Below, one piece after another: positions 25,826 through 36,834 of a stretch of 64,000 bases of DNA (its first letter is position 1; each line of letters starts with the position of its first letter). This DNA is from Felis catus. Its lineage: Eukaryota. Both the position numbers and the translations under genes were made by a program. Below the pieces are notes generated by a model. The model was given only the letters and a program-made list of their open reading frames with translations, was not told where the DNA came from and made no database searches. The DNA is taken from contig NC_058368.1 of the NCBI RefSeq assembly GCF_018350175.1, positions 109,866,001 to 109,930,000 on the forward strand. The letters are read 5' to 3'.

Positions 25826-28800
25826 TCAGGATCCACCTAAGAGTGAAAACATATGGTATCTGTCTTTCTATGTATGACTTATTTCACTTAGCATAATACT
25901 CTCCAGTTCCATCCACATTGCTACAAAGGGCCATATTTCATTCTTTCTCATTGCCATGTAGTATTCCATTGTGTATATAAACTGCAATTTCTTTATCCAT
26001 TCATCAGTTCATGGACATTTAGGCTCTTTCCATAATTGGGCTATTGTTGAGAGTACTGCTATAAACATTGGGGTACAAGTGCCCCTATGCATCAGTAGTC
26101 CTGTATCCCTTGGGTAAATTCCTAGCAGTGCTACTGCTGGGTCATAGGGTAAGTCTATTTTTAATTTTCTGAGGAACCTCCACACTGTTTTCCAGAGTGG
26201 CTGCACCAATTTGCATTCCCACCAAGAGTGCAAGAGGGTTTCCGTTTCTCCACATCCTCTCCAGCATCTATAGTCTCCTGATTTGTTCATTTTGGCCACT
26301 CTGACTGGAGTGAGGTGATACCTGAGTGTGGTTTTGATTTGTATTTCCTTGATGAGGAGTGACGTTGAGCATCTTTTCATGTGCCTGTTGGCCATTCGGA
26401 TGTCTTCTTTAGAGAAATGTCTATTCATGTTTTCTGCCCATTTCTTCACTGGGTTATTTGTTTTTCGGGTGTGGAGTTTGGTGAGCTCTTTATAGATTTT
26501 GGATACTAGCCCTTTGTCCAGTATGTCATTTGCAAATATCTTTTCCCATTCCGTCGGTTGCTTTTAGTTTTGTTGGTTGTTTCCTTTGCTGTGCAGAAGC
26601 TTTTTATCTTCATAAGGTCCCAGTAGTTCATTTTTGCTTTTAATTCCCTTGCCTTTGGGGATGTGTCAAGTAAGAAATTGCTACAACTGAGGTCAGAGAG
26701 GTCTTTTCCTGCTTTTTCCTCTAGGGTTTTGATGGTTTCCTGTCTCACATTCAGGTCCTTTATCCATTTTGAGTTTATTTTTGTGAATGGTGTGAGAAAG
26801 TGGTCTAGTTTCATCCTTCTGCATGTTGCTGTCCAGTTCTCCCAGCACCATTTGTTAAAGAGACTGTCTTTTTTCCATTGGATGTTCTTTCCTGCTTTGT
26901 CAAAGATGAGTTGGCCATAAGTTTGTGGGTCTAGTTCTGGGGTTTCTATTCTATTCCATTGTTCTATGTGTCTGTTTTTGTGCCAATACCATGCTGTCTT
27001 GATGATTACAGCTTTGTAGTAGAGGCTAAAGTCTGGGATTGTGATGTCTCCTGCTTTGTTCTTTTTCAAAATTACTTTGGCTATTCGGGGCCTTTTGTGG
27101 TACCATATGAATTTTAGGATTGCTTGGTCTAGCTTTGAGAAGAATGTTGGTGCAATTTTGATTGGGATTGCATTGAATGTGTAGATAGCTTTGGGTAGTA
27201 TTGACATTTTGACAATGTTTATTTTTTTCAATCCATGAGCACGGAATGTTTTTCCATTTCTTTATATCTTCTTCAATTTCCTTCATAAGCTTTCTATAGT
27301 TTTCAGCATACAGATCTTTTACATCTTTGGTTAGATTTATCCCGAGGTATTTTATGCTTGTTAGTGCAATTGTGAATGGGATCAGTTTCTTTATTTGTCT
27401 TTCTGTTGCTTCATTATTAGTGTATAAGAATGAAACTGATTTCTGTACATTGATTTTGTATCCTGCAATTTTGCTAAATTCATGTATCAGTTCTAGCAGA
27501 CTTTTGGTGGAGTCTATCGGATTTTCCATGTATAATATCATGTCATCCGCAAAAAGTGAAAGCTTGACTTCATCTTTGCCAATTTTGATGCCTTGATTTC
27601 CTTTTGTTGTCTGATTGCTGATGCTAGAACTTCCAACACCATGTTAAACAACAGCGGTGAGAGCGGGCATCCCTGTCGTGTTCCTGATCTCAGGGAAAAA
27701 GCTCTCAGTTTTTCCCCATTGAGGATGATGTTAGCTGTGGGCTTTTCATACGTGGCTTTTATGATGTTTAAGTATGTTCCTTCTATCCTGACTTTCTCGA
27801 GGGTTTTTATTAAAAAAGTTTGCTGAATTTTGTCAAATGCCTTTTCTGCATCGATTGACAGGATCATATGGTTCTTATCTTTTCTTTTATTAATGTGATG
27901 TATCACGTTGATTGATTTGTGAATGTTGAACCAGACTGCAGCCCAGGAATGAATCCCACTTGATCATGGTGAATAATTCTTTTTATAAGCTGTTGAATTC
28001 AATTTGCTAGTATCTTATTGAGAATTTTTGCATCCATATTCATCAGGGATATTGGCCTGTAGTTCTCTTTTTTTACTTGGTCTCTGTCTGGTTTAGGAAT
28101 CAAAGTAATACTGGCTTCATAGAACAAGTCTGGAAGTTTTCCTTCCCTTTCTATTTTTTGGAATACCTTGAGAAGGATAGGTATTATCTCTGCTTTAAAC
28201 ATCTGGCAGAACTCCCTTGGGAAGCCATCTCGTCCTGGACTCTTATTTGTTGGGAGATTTTTGATAACTGATTCAATTTCTTCGATGGTTATGGGTCTCT
28301 TCAAGCTTTCTATTTCCTCCTGATTGAGTTTTGGAAGTGTGTGGCTGTTTAGGAATTTGTCCATTTCTTCCAGGTTGTTCAGTTTGTTGGCATATAATTT
28401 TTCATAGTATTCCCTGATAATTGCTTGTATCTCTGAGGGATTGGTTGTAGTAATTCCATTTTCATTCATGATTTTATCCATTTGGGTCCTCTCCCTTTTC
28501 TTTTTGAGAAGCCTGGCTAGTGGTTTATCAATTTTGTTTATTTTTTCAAAAAACCAACTCTTGGTTTCATTGATCTGCTCTACAGTTTTTTTAGATTGTA
28601 TATTGTTTATTTCTGCTCTGATCTTTATTATTTCTCTTCTTCTGCTGGGTTTAGGCTGTCTTTGCTGTTCTGTTTCTATTTCCTTTAGGTATGCTGTTAG
28701 ATACTGTATTTGGGATTTTTCTTGTTTCTTGAGATAGGCTTGGATTGCAATGTATTTTCCTCTCAGGACTGCCTTCGCTGCATCCCAAAGCGTTTGGATT

Positions 28801-29642
28801 GTTGTATTTTCATTTTCATTTGTTTCCATATATTTTTTAATTTCTTCTCTAATTGCCTGGTTGACCCACTCATTCGTTAGTAGGGTGTTCTTTAACCTCC
28901 ATGCTTTTGGAAGTTTTCCAGACTTTTTCCTGTGGTTGATTTCAAGCTTCATAGCATTGTGGTCTGAAAGCATGCATGGTATGATCTCAATTCTTGTATA
29001 CTTATGAAGGGCTGTTTTGTGACCCAGTATGTGATCTCTCTTGGAGAATGTTCCATGTGCACTCGAGAAGAAAGTATATTCTGTTGTTTGGGATGCAGAG
29101 TTCTAAATATATCTGTCAAGTCCATCTGATCCAATGTATCATTCAGGACCCTTGTTTCTTTATTGACCATGTGTCTAGATGATCTATCCATTTCTGCAAG
29201 TGGGGTGTTAAAGTCCCCTGCAATTACCACATTCTTATCAATAAGATTGCTTGTGTTTGTGAGTAATTGTTTTATATATTTGGGGGCTCCCGTATTCGGC
29301 ACATAGACATTTAAATTGTTAGCTCTTCCTGATGGATAGACCCTGTAATTATTATATAATGCCCTTCTTCATCTCTTGTTATAGCCTTTAATTTAAAGTC
29401 TAGTTTGTCTGATATAAGTATGGCTACTCCAGCTTTCTTTTGACTTCCAGTAGCATGATAAATAGTTCTCCATCCCCTCACTCTCAATCTGAAGGTGTCC
29501 TCAGGTCTAAAATGAGTCTCTTGTAGACAGCAAATAGATGGGTCTTGTTTTTTATCCATTCTGATACCCTATGTCTTTTGGTTGGTGCATTTAGTCCATT
29601 TACGTTCAGTGTTATTATAGAAAGATACGGGTTTAGAGTCAT
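25826..29642 (-). pseudogene. L1 ORF2p remnant (endonuclease + reverse transcriptase + Cys-rich domain), disrupted
   Basis: [57 protein letters not shown] and RCWRGCGE motifs spread over at least 7 ORF fragments. Confidence 0.95.
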
Positions 29643-29692
29643 TGTGATGTCTGTAGGTTTCATGCTTGTAGTGATGTCTCTGGTACTTTGTC

Positions 29693-30580
29693 TCACAGGA
29701 TCCCCCTTAGGATCTCTGGTAGGGCTGGTTTAGTGGTGATGAATTCCTTCAGTTTTTGTTCGTTTGGGAAGACCTTTATCTCTCCTTCTATTCTGAATGA
29801 CAGACTTGCTGGATAAAGGATTGTCGGCTGCATATTTTTTTCTGTTCATCACATTGAAGATCTCCTGCCATTCATTTCTGGCCTGCCAAGTTTCAGTAGA
29901 GAGATCGGTCATGAGTCTTATAGGTCTCCCTTTATATGTTAGAGTGTGTTTATCCCTAGCTGCTTTCAGAATTTTGTCTTTGTCCTTGTATTTTGCCAGT
30001 TTCACTATGATATGGCGTGCAGAAGATTGATTCAAGTTACGTCTGAAGGGAGTTCTCTGTGCCTCTTGGATTTCAGTGCCTTTTCCTTCTCCAGATCAGG
30101 GAAGTTCTCAGCTATGATTTCTTCAAGTACACCTTCAGCACCTTTCCCTCTCTCTTCCTCCTCTGGAATACCAATTATGCGTAGATTATTTCTCTTTAGT
30201 GCATCACTTAGTTCTCTAATTTTCCCCTCATACTCCTGGATTTTTTTTTAAATCTTTTTCTCAGTTTCCTCTTTTTCCATAATTTTATCCTCTAGTTCAC
30301 CTATTCTCTCCTCTGCCTCTTCAATCCGAGCCATGGTCGTATCCATTTTATTTTGCAGCTCGTTTATAGCAGTTTTTAGCTCCTCCTGGCTGTTCCTTAG
30401 TCCTTTGATCTCTGTAGCAGTAGATTCTCTGCTGTACTCTGTACTGTTTTCAAGCCCAGCGATTAATTTTATGACTATCATTCTAAATTCACTTCTGTTG
30501 TTTAAATCCTTTTTGATCAGTTCATTAGCTGTTGTTATTTCGTGGAGATTCTTTTGAGCGGAATTCTTCTGTTTGGTCAT
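29693..30580 (-). pseudogene. L1 ORF1p remnant (frameshifted)
   Basis: MTKQKNSAQK...coiled-coil...ARHIIVKLAKYKDKDKILKAARDK...LRGIL*, split over several frames. Confidence 0.9.
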
Positions 30581-31477
30581 TTTGGATAGTCCCTGGGGTG
30601 GTGCGGGACTGCGGGGCACTTCCCCTGTTCTGTGGTGTATAACTGGAGTTGGTGGGCGGGGCCGCGGTCTGACCTGATGTCTGCCTCCAGCCCACCACTG
30701 GGGCCACAATCAGACTGGTGTGTACCTTCTCTTCCCCTCTCCTAGGGGCGGGATTCACTATGGGGTGGTGTGGCCCGTCTGGGCTACTTGCACACTGGCA
30801 GGCTTGTGGTGCTGGGAATCTGGCGTATTAGCTGGGGTGGATCGGCAAGGTGCACAGGGGCGGGAGAGGCAGGCTCAGCTCGCTTATCCTTTGGTGATCT
30901 GCTTCGGGAGGGGCCCTGAGGTACCGGAGGGAGTCAGACCCACTGCCGGAGGGATGGATCCGCAGAAGCACAGCGTTGGATGTCTGCGCGATGCAAGCAA
31001 GCTCCCTGGCAGGAAGTGGTTCCCTTTGGGATTTTGGCTGGGGGATGGGCGAGGGAGATGGTGCTGGCGAGCGCCTTTGTTCCTCACCAAGCTGCACTCT
31101 GTCCTCCGAGGCTCAACAACTCTCCCTCCTGTTGTCCTCCAGCCCTCCCATTCTCCGAGCAGAGCTGTTAACTTATAACCTTCCAGATGTTAAGTCCTGC
31201 TTGCTGTCCGAACACACTCCATCCAGCCCCTCCCGCTTTTGCCAGCCAGACTCAGGGGCTCTGCTTGGCCGGCGGGCCGCCCCTCCGCTGCGCTCCCTGC
31301 TGCCAGTCCCTGTAGCGCGCACCGCCTCTCCGCCCTTCCTACCCTCTTCCGTGGGCCTCTCGTCTACGCTTGGAGAATCCGTTCTGCTAGTCTTCTGGCT
31401 GTTTTCTGGGTTATTTAGGCAGGTGTAGGTGGGATCTAAGTGATCAGCAGGATGTGGTGAGCCTAGCGTCCTCCTAT

Positions 31478-31498
31478 GCTGCCATCTTCCCCCACCCT
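31478..31498 (-). promoter_or_regulatory. L1 5' end YY1-type motif (internal Pol II promoter start)
   Basis: Minus strand GGGGGAAGATGGCAGC at the element's 5' terminus. AAGATGGC is the YY1 core found at mammalian L1 5' ends. Confidence 0.65.
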
Positions 31499-32174
31499 CA
31501 GTAATTCCTAATTAGTATCAGGTGGTTAACTACCGAAAGAGGTTGAAGAGGATTTTATAGGATCCCAGAGAATGACACGCAAAGAAGTTGTTCACACCCT
31601 CGTACAGAGGAAGAGTGGACAGTGAAGGAACAGGGGACCTAGGAAGCCGTGCCCCATCCCTCCATGGAGGCTAGCATTCAAATGCCTTCGAGGAGGGCAC
31701 GGGTACTCTAGGGACACAGGGCCTTCCTAGTGCTGAAGAAACTTGTCAGAGGCAGTGAGCAACTGCTGGTTTGCCAGGTGGGGAGACAGCTGCCTGAGGG
31801 TGTGTCTGGAGCTATAGCAGAAGGGGCTCCTAGGCTGTGGCTGTGTGGGCTGGGACTCCTGCTTTCCAGGTGAGAACATGGTGTCCTGCCGTGTCCCTGC
31901 CAGTGCAGGGGGCCTATGTGTGAGGGCTGCTGACGTGAGCACTGGTGAGTTGTTCCCACACCAGTCCTCTACTTAGTGAAAATGAAGGGGAAACTGGACT
32001 CCGATGGCAAAGTGCCGTCTTGCCACTCCTGACCCCCACTGTTTCCAGAGCTCTCTGGAGATAAATCGTAACGCTGAGGCAGGTGGCATGGAGTTCACTC
32101 CGGGATCACAACGCAGGCGAAGGAGGGGGTGGGAAATAATAAACTCTTCACTGTCATACAGTCTTAAGGGAAGG

Positions 32175-32853
32175 TGTATTACGGTTCTCCAGAGAAACAG
32201 AACCACCAGAAGAATGTATGTGTGAATGTGGGTCGGTGGCTATCTCTGTTTTTGTCTGTCTGTCTGTCTGAGAGAATTGGCTCACATGATGGTGGAGGCT
32301 GGTGAGTCGAAAATCCGTGGGCAGGTAGGCTGGCAGGCTGGAGAGTGGGAGGCATTTATGCCACAGTTCGAGTCCAAAGGCCGTTTGCTGGCAGAATTCC
32401 CTCTCTTTCTAAGGAGGTCACTTCTTTTTCTTCCATCCATTCTGCCTTCCTGCCTTCCTGCCTTCCTGCCTTCCTGCATTCATTCATTCATTCATTCATT
32501 CATTATTTTAGAGATAGAGCACAAGTAGAGGAGAGGGGGAGAGAGAGAATCTCAAGCAGGCTACACACTGAGCATGGAGCCTGATGTGGGACCTCCATCC
32601 CATGACCTGAGCCAAAATCAAGAGTCAGACCCTCAAGGGACTGAGCCACCCAGGTGCCCCATAAGGAGGTCACTTTTTTTCTGTCAAAGTTTTCGGCTGA
32701 TTGTATGAAGACCACCTACACTGTGAGTAATCTGCTTGTTTCATTCAAGTGATTTAAATGTTAATGTCATGAAAAATAGCTTCATAGAAACATCTAGGAT
32801 GTTTGTCTGGGTACCATGACCTAGTCAGGTTGACAATAAAATGAACAGTCACA
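32175..32853 (-). mobile_element. MLT2-type (ERVL) solo LTR containing a Can-SINE
   Basis: TG...CA termini, ttctccagagaaacagaacc and gttgacaataaaatgaacagtcaca ends. Perfect 5-bp TSD GAAGG at 32170-32174 and 32854-32858. Confidence 0.85.
32424..32661 (-). mobile_element. Can-SINE inside the MLT2 LTR
   Basis: 14-bp TSD TAAGGAGGTCACTT at 32410-32423 and 32662-32675. Confidence 0.95.
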
Positions 32854-32858
32854 GAAGG

Positions 32859-33222
32859 CTCTCAGTCTTTCACCATTAAATGTGGTGTTAGCTGTAAGGT
32901 TTTAGCAGGTGCCCTTTATCAGGCTGAGGATGCTTCTTTCTCTTCCTTCTTTGCTAAGAGCTTTTTGTTTTTGTCATGGTCAAGTGTGGAATTTTATCAA
33001 GTTCTTTTTCTGCTTCTATTGACATGATCACATGCTTTTTCTGTTTTTACTCTGTTAGTATGGTAAATTACATTGATTTTCAAATGAAAATCCAATCTTG
33101 CTTTTTGGGATAAGTTCTACTTGCTCATGATATATTATTCTATTTATATATTATTGGATTAAGATTGTTAAAATGTTTCTAAGGAAATTTGTATCTGTAT
33201 TCTTGTTCTTGAGAGATAGTAC

Positions 33223-33253
<31 letters not shown>

Positions 33254-33530
33254 CTTGTAATTTTTTTGGTCTTATTTGGTATCTCGATAATGTTTGCCTC
33301 ACAGAATCAGTCAGGAAGTGTCGTCCCCTCCCCCGTATTTTTCTGGAAGAAGTTTTGTAGAATTGGTACCATTTCTTAAATATTTGGCAGAATGTACCAA
33401 TGAAATGATTTGGCCTAGGATTTTCTTTGTGGAATGTTTCCATTTGTGAATTTATTTTCTTCAATAGATGTAGAGTTCTACAGGTAGTCTGTTTCTTCTT
33501 GAGTGACCTTTGGTAGTTTGTCCTTTTCAA
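32859..33530 (-). mobile_element. Old L1M ORF2 fragment
   Basis: ctctcagtctttcaccattaaatgtggtgttagctgtaagg...ttctgcttctattgacatgatca, the antisense RT region. Confidence 0.8.
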
Positions 33531-33667
33531 CTTTGATAATTGGAATATTGGAGACATAAATGTGACTTTATATCAATATTTCCAATCCATATTTATATTA
33601 TAGGGTTTTTCATGAACTTTTTTGAGATTACATTTGTATCTCTTTTCTTGTGTGTTAACATAAATCC

Positions 33668-34063
33668 TGTGGTAGTTTTTAACATTGTTCACCGATAAGT
33701 TTTCAGCTGTGTGTGGATGTGTGAGACACTGAACTTCCTGACCCTTTTAGTGGGATATGCCCCCTTGACGTAGTTCTGGCCAATGAAGTGTAAGGAGAAA
33801 CAGCGTATTTTCACTTCCAGGCTAGATCACTTAATGCATGAGTCTGGCTTCCATTCTCTTTTTCCCAGCCTCAGCAAGTGTAGAAATGTATTGAGATGGA
33901 GTATTTATCAGTCTTGGTCCTTGAGAAACTATAACGAGCAGAGCATTCTGACAGTGTCTCCTTGAATGTATGGCATGTGCAAGAAATAAATCTTGTTGTT
34001 TGAGGCCGCTGAGGTGTGAAGTTGATAGTTAGTGCAGCAAAATCTCCTGTCCTGATTGATACT
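33668..34063 (+). mobile_element. MLT1-type (MaLR) solo LTR
   Basis: TGTGGTAG start, ttctggccaatgaagtg, aagaaataaatcttgttgttt poly(A) region. Confidence 0.75.
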
Positions 34064-34814
34064 GTTTCTTCTTAGCTTTATCCTGCTTACTACATAACGT
34101 AGCTTCAGAATAACACTACAAATAACGTTAATAATAATATATCATTATTAAATTATATATGATCCACATAGTATTCTAATATTGTTAGTGATAACACTAC
34201 TGGGTGAGGCTTAATGTTTTTTTTTTTTTGCAGTTCATGTAGCTCTTAATATGACCTACTACTACCGAGCCTCACGAAATGACTGTGTCCCAAGTACCTT
34301 GAAATGATCATTGTCTTTCTGGAATTATGTTACCCATTTTGTATATTGCTGAGACATCCTTAAACTGAATTTGAGGCTTAAGGTATTTTTGAGCCACATG
34401 GGTGATTTGAGTTTGGTGTGCAGACGTGATTACCAGCTCTTAGTCCTTCTGCCCACCACCCCCAGCACTAAGGTAACTTCCTCAGAATTCTCTGGGGCTT
34501 GGGCAGGAACCAGCCAGTAGACTTCTAGTTCACCTTCTAGCTGAGGGTTTAGCCCTTTGAGGCCCCGGCCCCCTGTGAGAGAGGGTTCCCACCAGACTCT
34601 CACCTTGGGTAGGTCCTGCCCATGTGCCCCCAAGGCTGTCAGAGTGAAATCTTGACTTGGCTCTGGGAGACCAGTGCTCTCATGACACTGGTAGCCTCAA
34701 GGCCCTGCTTCCATCACTGGGTTCTCACTCTGTTCTCACCTCCTCGGTGTTCAAGAAGGGGTTCTCTTGAAAAATTTTTTTCTTTGTATTTTTTTTTAAA
34801 ACAGTGTTTTTAAC

Positions 34815-36200
34815 ATTTTTTAAAAATTAAATTTATTGTCAGATTGGTTTCCATACAACACCCAGTGCTCATCCCAAAAGGTGCCGTCCTCAGTGCCCAT
34901 CACCCACCCTCCTTTCCCTCCCTCCCACCCCCCATCAACGCTCAGTTTATTCTCAGTTTTTAAGACTCTCTCATGGTTTGGCTCCCTCCCTCTCTAAACG
35001 TTTTTTTTTCTTCCTTCCCCTCCCCCATGGTCTTCTGTTAAGTTTGTCAGGATCCACATAAGAGTGAAAACATACGGTATTTGTCTTTCTCTATATGACT
35101 TATTCCACTTAACATAACACTCTCCAGTTCCATCCACATTGCTACAAAAGGCCACATTTCCTTCTTTCTCATTGCCATGTAGTACTCCATTGTGTATACA
35201 AACCACAATTTCTTTATCCATTCATCAGTTGATGGACATTTAGGCTGTTTCCATAATTTGGCTATTGTTGAGAGTACTGCTATAAACATTGGGGTACAAG
35301 TGCCCCTAGGCATCAGCACTCCTATATCCCTTGGGTAAATTCCTAGCAGTGCTATTGCTGGGTCATAGGGTAGGTCTATTTTTAATTTTTTGAGGAACCT
35401 CCACACTGTTTCCGAGAGTGGCTGCCCCAGTTTGCATGCCCACCAACAGTGCAAGAGGGTTCCCATTTCTCCACATCCTCTCCAGCATCTATAGTCTCCT
35501 GATTTGTTCATTTTAGCCACTTTGGCGTGAGGTGGTATCTGAGTGTGGTTTTGATTTGTATTTCCCTGATGAGGAGTGAAGTTGAAGACCTTTTCATGTG
35601 CCTGTTGGCCATCTGGATGTCTTCTTTAGAGAAGTTTCTATTCATGTTTCTGCCCATTTCCTTACTGGATTATTTGTTTTTCGGGTGTGGAGTTTGGTGA
35701 GTTCTTTATAGATTTTGGATACTAGCCCTTTGTCCAGTATGTCATTTGCAAATATCTTTTCCCATTCCGTCAGTTGCCTTTTAGTTTTGCTGATTGTTTC
35801 CATTGCAGTGCAGAAGCTTTTTATCTTCATGAGGTCCCAATAGTTCATTTTTGCTTTTAATTCCCTTGCCTTTGGGGATGTGTCAAGTAGGAAATTGCTG
35901 TGGCTGAGGTCAGAGAGGTGTTTTTCCTGCCTTCTCCTCTAGAGTTTTGATGGTTTCCTGTCTCACATTCAGGTCCTTTATCCATTTTGAGTTTATTTTT
36001 GTGAATGGTCTAGTTTCATCCTTCTGCATGTTGCTGTCCAGTTCTCCCAGCACCATTTGTTAAAGAGACTGTCTTTTTTCCATTGGATGTTCTTTCCTGC
36101 TTTGTCAAAGATTAGTTAGCCATACTTTTGTGGGTCCAATTCTGGAGTCTCTATTATATCCATTGGTCTATGTGTCTGTTTTTGTGCCAGTACCATGCTG
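34815..36200 (-). mobile_element. 5'-truncated young L1 (about 1.4 kb)
   Basis: ORF2 C-terminus ([14 protein letters not shown]...MFSLLCGS) and 3' UTR, highly similar to 25600-27000. Confidence 0.95.
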
Positions 36201-36420
36201 TTACTTATTTTTGAGAGGGAGAGACAGAGTGTGAGTGGCGGAGGGGCAGAGAGAGAGGGAGACACAGAATCTGGAGGCTCCAGGCTTTGAGCTGTCAGCA
36301 CAGAGCCCGATGTGGGGCTCAAACTTATGAACTGTGAGATCATGACCTGAGCTGAAGTCATTCGCTTAACCAACTGAGCCACCCAGACGCCCTTAAAAAA
36401 TGTTTTTAATGTTTATTTAT

Positions 36421-36454
<34 letters not shown>

Positions 36455-36834
36455 CGAGCGCATGAGATGGGGAGGGGCAGAGAGAGAGAGAGGGAGACAC
36501 AGAATCCAAAGCAGGCTCCAGGCTCTGAGCTGTCAGCACAGAGCCTGACTTGGGGCTTGAACTCATGAACCATGAGATCATGACCTGAGCTGAAGTCAGA
36601 CGCTCAACTAACTGAGCCAGTCAGGCGCCCCTATTTTTTGTTGTTGTTGTTGTTGTTGTTGAGAAAGACAGAGTGTGAGCAGGGGAGGGGGCAAGGAGAG
36701 AGGGTGAATCTCAAGCAGTCTCTTCACTGTCAGCACAGAGCCTGACGTGGGACTTGGACTCAGAAACCAAGAGATCACAACCTGAGCCGAAATCAAGACT
36801 GGCATGCTTAACTGACTGAGCCACCCAGGCACCC
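36201..36834 (-). mobile_element. Three head-to-tail Can-SINEs
   Basis: Bodies at 36201-36392, 36400-36631 and 36635-36834. Confidence 0.95.

Larger units (their letters stand above)
25595..31500 (-). mobile_element. Full-length carnivore LINE-1, inactivated by frameshifts and stops
   Basis: G-rich 5' end with AAGATGGC and a CpG-rich 5' UTR (30581-31500). ORF1 and ORF2 remnants, a G-rich 3' UTR, and poly(A) at 25595-25604. Short possible TSD TAATTC at 25589-25594 and 31502-31507. Confidence 0.97.

Noticed and set aside
25826..30580. Retrotransposition-competent L1
   Set aside because: Multiple frameshifts and stops in both ORFs.
30720..31428. Plus-strand ORFs in the L1 5' UTR (ORF0-like)
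   Set aside because: Expected in GC-rich sequence, they lack ATG starts, and ORF0 is described from primate L1s. No support here.
11840..32860. Insertion hotspot at the same L1 ORF2 position in three old L1 copies (~11900, ~20560, ~32175)
   Set aside because: The inserts use different mechanisms (LTR integrase vs target-primed reverse transcription) and n=3 in a repeat-saturated region; likely coincidence.
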